From Eubacteriales bacterium (lineage in GTDB: Bacteria > Bacillota > Clostridia > Oscillospirales > CAG-272): a DNA stretch of 49,644 bases. The position numbers and the translations under genes were made by a program. This document shows, in pieces, positions 16,480 through 24,199 of the stretch. The notes under the pieces were generated by a model. The model was given only the letters and a program-made list of their open reading frames with translations. It ran no database searches and was not told where the DNA came from. Numbering within the stretch: position 1 is the first letter of the stretch; every line of letters begins with the position of its first letter. Where the stretch lies: assembly GCA_045587785.1 (NCBI GenBank), contig JAZNDA010000008.1, positions 1 through 49,644 of the forward strand, read 5' to 3'.

Positions 16480-18867
16480 ATGAATCTTTCTATGAAATGG
16501 TTGGCTGACTTTGTAGACGTCAGCGATATCGATATCAAGGACTACTGCGACCGCATGACCGACACAGGCTCCAAGGTCGAGGGCTACGAGCTGCTCGGCA
16601 GTGACATTGAAAACGTTGTGGTTGCCAAGATCCTTTCCATCAAGCCCCACGAAAACAGCGATCACCTTCTGGTCTGCCAGATGGAGGTGGGCAAGGATGC
16701 GCCCGTACAGATCGTGACGGGAGCGCAAAATATTTTTGAAGGTGCCATTGTCCCTGCGGCTCTGCCCGTGGCAAAGCTCCCCGGCGGCGTGGTCATCAAG
16801 TCGGGCAAGCTCCGCGGCGTGCCGTCCGACGGCATGCTGTGCTCCATGGGCGAGCTGGGACTTACCTCTCACGATATGCCGGGTAAGGCAGAGGACGGCA
16901 TCCTGATCCTCGATGAGGAATACGCCAACAAGATCGGTATGGATATCCGCGAGGCTTTGATGCTTGACGATAAGGTGGTGGAATTTGAGATCACCTCCAA
17001 CCGTCCCGACTGCCTGTCGGTGATCGGTCTTGCACGCGAGACCGCTGTGTCCTTTGACCGGGGGTACAATATCCCCACCCCCACTGTCAAGGGCTCGGGA
17101 GACGATATCAAAAATCATCTGAGCGTTAAGATCGACGCACCCGACCTTTGCCTGCGCTATGCCGCAAAGGTGGTCAAAAACGTGCGCATTGCGCCCTCTC
17201 CGCTGTGGCTCAGAATGAGACTGCGCGCCGCAGGCGTCCGTCCCATCAATAACATCGTAGATATCACCAACTACGTCATGTTGGAATACGGTCAGCCCAT
17301 GCATGCGTTTGTTTACCAGTGCCTTGACAGCGCGGAGATCATTGTCAGACGCGCAAAAGACGGCGAGTGCTTCAAATCGCTTGACGATACCGATCATACG
17401 CTTGACAGCTCCATGCTGGTCATCGCCGACAAAAACAAGGCTTGCGCACTGGCGGGCGTTATGGGCGGTGCCAACAGCGAGATCACTGAAAAGACCTCCA
17501 CCGTGGTCTTTGAGAGTGCTTGCTTTGACGGCGCATCGGTGCGCGTGACCGCCAAGAAAAACGGCATGAGAACCGAATCCTCGGCACGCTTCGAAAAGGG
17601 ACTTGACAGCGAAAACTGCATGGCAGGTCTTATGCGCGCATGTGAGCTTGTGGAACTTCTTGACGCGGGCGACGTGGTAGATGGTGTGATCGATGTTTAC
17701 CCCGGCAAAAAGGATGCCACCACCCTTCCCTTGGATGCTGAGCGCATCAACCGTTTCCTTGGTGTTGATCTCACCGAAGATTATATGAAGCAGGTGCTTA
17801 TGGGCCTTGAATGTAAGATCGAAGGCAACACGATCACCGTTCCCTCCTTCCGCGCAGACCTTGGCTGTATGAATGACATCGCCGAGGAGATCATACGCAT
17901 CTACGGCTACAACAAGATCGAAGCCACCCGTATCAAGGCGGAGACCACCGAGGGCGGCAGAACGCCCAAGCAAAAGCTCAAGGTGGACGTTACCGATCTG
18001 CTTTGCAATCTGGGTCTCAACGAAATTCAGACCTATTCCTTCATCAGCCCCAAGTATTACGATAAGATCCGTATGGCAGCAGATGACCACAGACGCAAGT
18101 CCATCGTCATTTCCAATCCCCTTGGTGAGGACACAAGCATCATGAGAACCACGGCACTTCCCTCCATGCTGGAGGTAGTTGCCAGAAACAACAATCTCAG
18201 CAATGAAAACGTGTCCCTGTTCGAAATGGCAAGCACTTATATTCCGCACGAGAACATGGACGAGCTTCCCGATGAGGGCGTTTCGCTGACAGTGGCTATG
18301 TACGGCGACACCGACTTCTACAAGCTCAAGAGCGTATGCGAGGCGGTTCTGGCTGCGGCAGGCATTTACGGAGCAACGTACACCGCCTACGGCGAGGACA
18401 ACGCGTTCCATCCCGGACGCTGTGCCACAGTCACTGCAAACGGCAAAACACTAGCAACACTTGGTCAGATCCATCCTCTGACCGCCGAGAATTACGGCTT
18501 TGATATGCCCGTATATGCTGCTGTGATCGACTTTGACGCACTGTTCGAAGCATCCAACCAAACCAAGCACTATACCCCCCTGCCTAAGTACCCTGCCTCG
18601 GTGCGCGACTTCTCGTTCGTTTGCGAGGAAGCACTGGAAGTCGGCAGTATCTTTGAGTCGGTTCGCCGCGCAGGCGGAAAGCTGGTAGAGGACGTCAAGC
18701 TGTTTGACATTTACCGCGGCGCGCAGGTCGGCGAGGGCAAAAAGAGCGTTTCCATCCGTGTCACGCTTCGCGCCACCGACCGAACACTTACCGTGGAAGA
18801 AGCCGAAAAGACCAGCCGCAAGATCCTTGGTGACCTTGAGCACAAGCTTGGCATCACGTTGAGGTAA
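16480..18867 (+). CDS. pheT: Phenylalanine--tRNA ligase beta subunit
   Basis: 795 aa with an N-terminal tRNA-binding (EMAP/OB) domain, B3/4 and B5 domains, and a C-terminal FDX-ACB domain. Confidence 0.96.
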   Translation: MNLSMKWLADFVDVSDIDIKDYCDRMTDTGSKVEGYELLGSDIENVVVAKILSIKPHENSDHLLVCQMEVGKDAPVQIVTGAQNIFEGAIVPAALPVAKLPGGVVIKSGKLRGVPSDGMLCSMGELGLTSHDMPGKAEDGILILDEEYANKIGMDIREALMLDDKVVEFEITSNRPDCLSVIGLARETAVSFDRGYNIPTPTVKGSGDDIKNHLSVKIDAPDLCLRYAAKVVKNVRIAPSPLWLRMRLRAAGVRPINNIVDITNYVMLEYGQPMHAFVYQCLDSAEIIVRRAKDGECFKSLDDTDHTLDSSMLVIADKNKACALAGVMGGANSEITEKTSTVVFESACFDGASVRVTAKKNGMRTESSARFEKGLDSENCMAGLMRACELVELLDAGDVVDGVIDVYPGKKDATTLPLDAERINRFLGVDLTEDYMKQVLMGLECKIEGNTITVPSFRADLGCMNDIAEEIIRIYGYNKIEATRIKAETTEGGRTPKQKLKVDVTDLLCNLGLNEIQTYSFISPKYYDKIRMAADDHRRKSIVISNPLGEDTSIMRTTALPSMLEVVARNNNLSNENVSLFEMASTYIPHENMDELPDEGVSLTVAMYGDTDFYKLKSVCEAVLAAAGIYGATYTAYGEDNAFHPGRCATVTANGKTLATLGQIHPLTAENYGFDMPVYAAVIDFDALFEASNQTKHYTPLPKYPASVRDFSFVCEEALEVGSIFESVRRAGGKLVEDVKLFDIYRGAQVGEGKKSVSIRVTLRATDRTLTVEEAEKTSRKILGDLEHKLGITLR

Positions 18868-18872
18868 GAGCT

Positions 18873-19076
18873 ATGGTCAAGGAAAAAATCGACAGGATCA
18901 ATTACCTTGCCGCAGAGTCCAAGGTGCGTGAACTGACCGCAGAAGAGCGCGAGGAACAAGCCGCTCTCAGACAGGAGTATCTTGCCGAGATCCGCGCTTC
19001 GCTCGGTGCCACACTTGGCAACACCGTTATTCAGCGTCCCGACGGCACCAAAGAAAAGCTGGAAAAGAAAAAATAA
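18873..19076 (+). CDS. DUF896 (UPF0291/YnzC-like) small protein
   Basis: 67 aa: KIDRINYLAAESKVRELTAEEREEQAALRQEYL..., a helical hairpin family. Confidence 0.75.
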   Translation: MVKEKIDRINYLAAESKVRELTAEEREEQAALRQEYLAEIRASLGATLGNTVIQRPDGTKEKLEKKK

Positions 19077-19082
19077 GACAAC

Positions 19083-19124
19083 AAAAAAAATCCGTCTGCA
19101 AAATACTTGCAGACGGATTTTTTT
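19083..19124. terminator. Bidirectional terminator
   Basis: A-run, TCCGTCTGCAA-ATAC-TTGCAGACGGA, T7. Confidence 0.8.
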
Positions 19125-20871
19125 AGGCGAAATGAAAAAACTTTTCCGAATATTCGGCATACTTTTGCTTATAGAATTCGCTCTCGCCGCGCATGACCTT
19201 AAGGGATTCATGCAAATTCATGTTGTTCTTGGAAATATCGATAACGCAGCCCGCAATGTTGGAGCAATGGTCGGAAACGCGCTCCATGTTGGTAATCAGA
19301 TCGCTCCACACAAAGCCTGCCTCGATACTGCACTTTCCGCCGCGCAAACGCTCGATGTGCTGTGCACGAAGGAATTCCTTCATCTTGTCGATCACCTGCT
19401 CCAAAGGCTCAACGCATTCTGCCGTCTTAAGATCGTTTTCTGTAAACGCCGAAAAAGAAAGCTCTAAAATTTCAAGCGTGGCGTCGCACAGCGACCGCAT
19501 TTCCTTATCCGCTACGTCGGTAAAGGAGATCTCCTTTTCCCGAAGCTCTTCGGCAGACTCCAGAATATTGACCGCATGGTCGCTGATCCTCTCAAGATCT
19601 CCGATCGCCTTGAGAAGCATGGACGCTTTGGCACCCTCACCCTCATTCAGCGTTTTGGCACTGATCTTGACAAGATAGCTTCCTATGATATCCTCATAAT
19701 GGTCAGTCTTATCCTCGATCTCTCGGATCTCTCTTGCGTAATCCTCATTGTATTCTTTAAGACAGCTAATGCTTTTCTTCAAGGCATCGGTAGAGATCCT
19801 CGCCATTTCCAAAGTCAGCGCATGGCTTCTTTCAAGCGCCACCGCAGGTGTAGCCAACAAACGCTCGTCAAGCTCGGAGACCACCTCGGGCTGTTTTGCC
19901 TCGGGAATCAGCTTATACGCCAATTTTTCAAGAAGTCCCGACATGGGAAGGAGAAGCAAAACGCATGCCACGTTAAAGACCGAGTGTGCGGTAGCAATAC
20001 CCGTCAGCGACGCCGCCTCGCCAAAGAGTGCGGGAGCCGCCACAAGATCAACGATCCAGAAAGCAGCCAGCCACACCACCGTGCCAATGACGTTAAAGCA
20101 AAGGTGAACGAGCGAAGCCCGTCTTGCATTTTTGGTAGCGCCCACCGATGCTAAAAGCGCAGTCACACAAGTACCTATATTCTGACCCATGATAATCGGA
20201 ATGGCGGCGCCGTAGGAAATCGCGCCCGTCATGGCAAACGCCTGCAAAATACCGACAGAAGCCGAGGAGGATTGAATGATCGCCGTCAAAACAGCACCGA
20301 CCATCACACCCAAAATGGGATTTTCAAACATAATGAAAAGCTCACGGAATGCAGGAAGCTCGGCAAGCCCCTTCACCGAATCGCTCATGGTATCCATACC
20401 AAACATCAGAACCGCGAAGCCAAGCAAAATGGTGCCGACTTCCTTTTTCCTCTTGCTCTTGGTAAACATATAAAGCGCAATGCCGATCAAGGCAAGCACG
20501 GGCGTGAAGGACGTGGGCTTGAGCAGCTTTATCCACAGGCTGTCACCCGAAATACCGCTGAGACTGAGAAGCCACGCCGTAACGGTGGTACCAACGTTGG
20601 CACCCATGATAACGTGAATGGCTTGTCTTAAACACATCAGCCCCGAGTTGACAAAACCCACCACCATAACCGTGGTTGCCGAGGAGCTTTGGATGACCGC
20701 CGTCACGCCAAGACCCGTCAAAAGACCTGCCAAGCGGTTGGTAGTCAGCTTGCCCAGCATGATTTCAAGCTTACCGCCTGCGCTTCGCTCAAGCGACTGC
20801 CCCATAACGCTCATGCCAAACAAAAACAAAGAAAGTCCGCCTATCAGTGCCAACAAATCAAAAATCGTCAT
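19123..20871 (-). CDS. Na+/phosphate cotransporter family protein with C-terminal PhoU-like domains
   Basis: 582 aa. The N-terminal half has duplicated Na_Pi_cotrans motifs (QSSSATT, QSSSAS). The C-terminal ~230 aa are a soluble PhoU-like helical repeat. Confidence 0.85.
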   Translation of the reverse strand: MTIFDLLALIGGLSLFLFGMSVMGQSLERSAGGKLEIMLGKLTTNRLAGLLTGLGVTAVIQSSSATTVMVVGFVNSGLMCLRQAIHVIMGANVGTTVTAWLLSLSGISGDSLWIKLLKPTSFTPVLALIGIALYMFTKSKRKKEVGTILLGFAVLMFGMDTMSDSVKGLAELPAFRELFIMFENPILGVMVGAVLTAIIQSSSASVGILQAFAMTGAISYGAAIPIIMGQNIGTCVTALLASVGATKNARRASLVHLCFNVIGTVVWLAAFWIVDLVAAPALFGEAASLTGIATAHSVFNVACVLLLLPMSGLLEKLAYKLIPEAKQPEVVSELDERLLATPAVALERSHALTLEMARISTDALKKSISCLKEYNEDYAREIREIEDKTDHYEDIIGSYLVKISAKTLNEGEGAKASMLLKAIGDLERISDHAVNILESAEELREKEISFTDVADKEMRSLCDATLEILELSFSAFTENDLKTAECVEPLEQVIDKMKEFLRAQHIERLRGGKCSIEAGFVWSDLITNMERVSDHCSNIAGCVIDISKNNMNLHESLKVMRGESEFYKQKYAEYSEKFFHFA

Positions 20872-21043
20872 GTTTTCTCCTTTATTTTCATATTATAGAT
20901 GTTTTCGACTACGCGAACGTTTTCATTGTAACAAAAAACGCTTGATTTTGCCACAGAAAAAACAAAATCTTTTGTAAACTATATGTAAAATCGTAAAAGT
21001 CAGGTCATATTTCCTTCAAACATATAAAAATACCAAAAATCCC

Positions 21044-21072
21044 TTGCAATTCGGGAGAAAATGTGATACAAT
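21044..21072 (+). promoter_or_regulatory. Sigma-A promoter
   Basis: TTGCAA, 17-nt spacer, TGaTACAAT. Confidence 0.6.
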
Positions 21073-21106
21073 AATGGCGTATGTATAGAAAGGGGGACGG
21101 TACCCA

Positions 21107-22264
21107 ATGGAACACCACGATGATGGCAAAACTATGATCATCGAGCTTAAAAAAGACGATGACAAAAAACATAATAAAGAAGATGACGTAACGCTGACAC
21201 ACAGCAGTCTCTTTCCCGTAAAAGTTAAGGACGGTACATTTTTCCGAAACCCGCTGTTTCTATCCTGCGTTCTGCTGATCCTGCTTATCGTTGCGGTCTT
21301 TTTGCTGATATCGGGCATGGGAAATAAAAAGCCGCCCGCAGAAACCACCGCAGATACATCGAATGAGACCACGCTCGCGCCGCCCAAGACCGATGAGCAA
21401 CAGGATCCTCCCGCCGTGCCCGTGGGCTCCCTTCACGTGTCGGGACTTTCCGAAGCGGTGCGCGTAGGTGGGGATATTTCATCTGACTTTGCCCTGCTGA
21501 CCGATGCGACCTCACTCAAAGCCGTGGCGGCAAAAAATGCCAACGAAAGAATGTACCCCGCATCGCTCACTAAGATTATGACCTTTTTGGTTGCGTATGA
21601 TGCACTTTCCGACAATCTTGACAGACAGCTGACACTGACCGACAGTATCAAAAGCCAATACCCCGAGGGCTCAAGAGTGGGCATTGACAAGGGCGATATT
21701 CTCACGGTCGAGCAGTGTATGTATGCCATGCTTCTGGAATCCGACACCGATGCGGTTCTGATGCTTGTAGAAGCAACTGCAGGCAATGAAGCCGCTTTTG
21801 CCGCTCTGATGAACCGAAAGGCGGAAGAATTCGGTCTTACCGGAACGCATTTCACGGGTGCCAACGGACTTCACGATAAGAACCACTACACCACCCCCGC
21901 CGAAATGGCTGTCATTTTTGCCAAGGCACTGCAAAATGAGCTTTTCCACAAGATCATCACCACACAAATCCACGTTACCCATCTCGGATATTATAAAGAC
22001 GGCATTTATACGACCTACCGTATGACATTCTTTAATTCCACCATCAAAAACCGCTTTGAGGGCAATAACATTTCCACCACCCTTCCCCGCGGCATACAGA
22101 TCACAGGCGGCAAGACAGGCTATACCAATGAAGCCGCATACTGCCAGGCGGCACTTGCTACCGACGCTTCGGGAAAAGAGTATATCGCCATTTTGGGGCA
22201 CGCCTCATCCTCAAGTGCCAGCGCCTCCGATACGGCATGCCTTTATACGAACTATCTGAAATAA
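21107..22264 (+). CDS. D-alanyl-D-alanine carboxypeptidase (peptidase S11) with charged N-terminal extension and membrane anchor
   Basis: SxxK motif in YPASLTKIMT, and KTGYT (KTG box). Confidence 0.8.
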   Translation: MEHHDDGKTMIIELKKDDDKKHNKEDDVTLTHSSLFPVKVKDGTFFRNPLFLSCVLLILLIVAVFLLISGMGNKKPPAETTADTSNETTLAPPKTDEQQDPPAVPVGSLHVSGLSEAVRVGGDISSDFALLTDATSLKAVAAKNANERMYPASLTKIMTFLVAYDALSDNLDRQLTLTDSIKSQYPEGSRVGIDKGDILTVEQCMYAMLLESDTDAVLMLVEATAGNEAAFAALMNRKAEEFGLTGTHFTGANGLHDKNHYTTPAEMAVIFAKALQNELFHKIITTQIHVTHLGYYKDGIYTTYRMTFFNSTIKNRFEGNNISTTLPRGIQITGGKTGYTNEAAYCQAALATDASGKEYIAILGHASSSSASASDTACLYTNYLK

Positions 22265-22296
22265 ATCGCTTTATAGCCGAAGAAAGGAGAACGCCC

Positions 22297-23775
22297 ATGA
22301 TCCGTACAGGTGTCAGCTTTTCTACCACCGACAGAAAGCTGCAGCATCTTTATGACAGCGCAAAGGATACGCTTTTTGCCTCTGTCAAGGACTTTGGTAA
22401 CCGCAAGATTCTTACCGACGCGCCAAACTGTGATACTGCCACGCTGAACTATACACCCATGGTAGCACAAACGCTTGCCGATTACGATGCCGACATTGCC
22501 ATGGATTCGGTGCGTGCCTTTCTCGTTACCCTCAGGCGTGACGGCAGAATGCCGTGTTCGCTTACCGCACACGGAAACAATATCATTCCAAACTACGATA
22601 TTCTCACAGGCTTTTGCTTTGCCGAGGAGGCAGTGAAGCTCTGCCATTTGGTAAAAAACAAACACTCCTCTTACGCAAAGCGTCTTTACGAGGCACTTTG
22701 TCAATTTGACGAGTATTTATGGACAAGACACGATCTCAATGCCAACGGTTGCCTTGAGATCTTTGAAGAAAAAGATTCCGAGGAAGGCGTCGGTGCAGCA
22801 CGCTTTATGCCCATCACTATGATGATCAGCGGTGCTGAGCGTTCGGTCTCGCCCTTCCCCGTGGAGCCCTTTGATCTGATGGGTGAGGCTTACAGCATAC
22901 GTCTGGCACTCTCGGAGCTTGCCGACATGCTCGGGGACAAAGAGCAAGCCGAAGCATGGCGCGCAAAAGCCATGGCCGTTGCCGAAAAGGTCAGAGGCTA
23001 TCTTTGGCTCGGAAGCTTCAATGCTTGCTTTGACCGCGACTACAGAGGCAGCATCATCAGCACCATGACGGTCAATAATTTGTATCTTCTCTACTACGGC
23101 GTCGCCACCCCCATGATGGCGGATGCGATCATGAAGCATCATATTATGAACCCAAAGGAATTCTGGACGCCCATGCCCCTGCCCTCGGTGGCACGGAGTC
23201 ATTCGGCATATGACGGCGAAAATGATAACCCGTTCCGCGGACATCCGAGAGCAACCACCTACCGCCGCGCCCTTCGCGCTTTTGAAAAATACCGCTATTT
23301 CTCAGCAACCACCGCACTTGGTGAAAAATTGCTCGAAAAGGTGACGGCAGGGTGTGTATTCCCCACTGCGTTTGACACCGTAACGGGCGAGCCGCTCTAC
23401 ACCGATAAGCAAGACCGCTATGCCCCCACGGCGTCGGCAGTCCTTGAATTCATCAAACGCTTCTACGGCGTGTATGCCGACCGCGACAACATTTGCTTTG
23501 GGTGTCTCGGACACGGGAACGAGACCTCGGAATACAGCTTCACCTGGGGCAACGACGTCTACCGCACACTGACCGAAGGAAACACGATCACTGCCGATAT
23601 CAACGGAAAACGGCTGTTCACCATTACAGCAGGCACCCGTGTGTTTACCGATATATACGGCATGTCCATGCGTGTGGCAAACGTAACAAGTGAGCCGATC
23701 GACTGCATTTGTGTCACAAGAAATCAGACCTACAGCCTGCGTCTTGAACCAAATGAAATTGCACAGTTGAAATAA
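22297..23775 (+). CDS. (alpha/alpha)6-barrel glycoside-hydrolase-like protein (GH63/MGH1/trehalase-like fold), function unknown
   Basis: 492 aa starting from ATG 22297, which has the RBS AAAGGAG. The family call rests on loose similarity and is tentative. Confidence 0.4.
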   Translation: MIRTGVSFSTTDRKLQHLYDSAKDTLFASVKDFGNRKILTDAPNCDTATLNYTPMVAQTLADYDADIAMDSVRAFLVTLRRDGRMPCSLTAHGNNIIPNYDILTGFCFAEEAVKLCHLVKNKHSSYAKRLYEALCQFDEYLWTRHDLNANGCLEIFEEKDSEEGVGAARFMPITMMISGAERSVSPFPVEPFDLMGEAYSIRLALSELADMLGDKEQAEAWRAKAMAVAEKVRGYLWLGSFNACFDRDYRGSIISTMTVNNLYLLYYGVATPMMADAIMKHHIMNPKEFWTPMPLPSVARSHSAYDGENDNPFRGHPRATTYRRALRAFEKYRYFSATTALGEKLLEKVTAGCVFPTAFDTVTGEPLYTDKQDRYAPTASAVLEFIKRFYGVYADRDNICFGCLGHGNETSEYSFTWGNDVYRTLTEGNTITADINGKRLFTITAGTRVFTDIYGMSMRVANVTSEPIDCICVTRNQTYSLRLEPNEIAQLK

Positions 23776-23868
23776 TGGAAAGATTATCAAAGAGAACTTA
23801 TTGCAACGAAACGTCTTGTCGGAAATTCCATCGGTAATTTAGATTACGACAAAAATTTCAAAAAATAC

Positions 23869-23897
23869 TTGACAAAATCCCCAAACTGTGATAAAAT
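23869..23897 (+). promoter_or_regulatory. Sigma-A promoter of the Val T-box operon
   Basis: TTGACA (23869-23874), 17-nt spacer, TGaTAAAAT (23889-23897). Confidence 0.65.
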
Positions 23898-23913
23898 GAT
23901 TCATGTTTTCAAA

Positions 23914-24176
23914 GGCGTCGACGAAGAGGTCGCAGCGAGAGTTCCCCAAAGAGAGATGGCGGTAGGTGCGAGCCATCGGGAATGCGCCGCGTTTGTAGCT
24001 TCCGAGCCGAGAGGAAGAAAGCAGTTTTGCCGTAGACCCTCTCCGTGATTGCTGCGTCAAGGCATAGGAATTGATAGATTCCAAGAGTGGCGGACTTCCG
24101 CAATTTGAGTGGTACCGCGGGTGTAGTATTTTTACACTCGTCTCAAAGTCATTTCACTTTGGGACGGGTGTTTTTT
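23914..24176 (+). promoter_or_regulatory. T-box leader, specifier GUA (Val) at 23995-23997
   Basis: Stem I helices: GGC/GCC, GAAG/CUUC, CGCAGCG/CGCCGCG, TTCCC/GGGAA, GATGGC/GCCATC. AG bulge AGAGA at 23950-23954 and distal loop GGTAGGTGCGA. Specifier loop reads UUU-GUA-G then CUUC-CGA-GCC. T-box core GAGTGGTACCGCGG at 24107-24120. A 15-bp terminator stem at 24135-24170 is followed by T6. Confidence 0.9.
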
Positions 24177-24199
24177 CGTTCCAAGGAAAGGTAGGAAAA

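Noticed and set aside
16438-18411. 657-aa antisense ORF opposite pheT. Similar long shadow ORFs lie at 11744-13093, 24680-26398, 32523-33968, 36146-37192, 40181-41329, 42618-43718, 45230-45973, 47448-48524, 29053-29949 and 30142-31257.
   Set aside because: Each lies fully antisense to a gene with unmistakable conserved motifs. They have Arg/His/Gly-rich low-complexity translations typical of reverse frames in GC-rich coding DNA, and they lack RBSs.
23978-23986. GAA-UGC-G in the Val T-box leader, read as a cysteine specifier (the GAA + codon pattern)
   Set aside because: This segment is the 3' strand of the TTCCC/GGGAA helix plus the start of the CGCCGCG helix, not the specifier loop. The register validated on pheST places the codon at 23995-23997. 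In addition, the UGGU bulge predicts a discriminator A, which fits tRNA-Val and not tRNA-Cys.
24071-24199. ORF-track start (MIDSKSGG...) for the acyl-CoA synthetase
   Set aside because: These codons overlie the T-box core and the terminator stem and have no RBS. ATG 24200 follows the terminator and has a GGAAAGGTAGG RBS, so the 5' extension is treated as non-coding leader.
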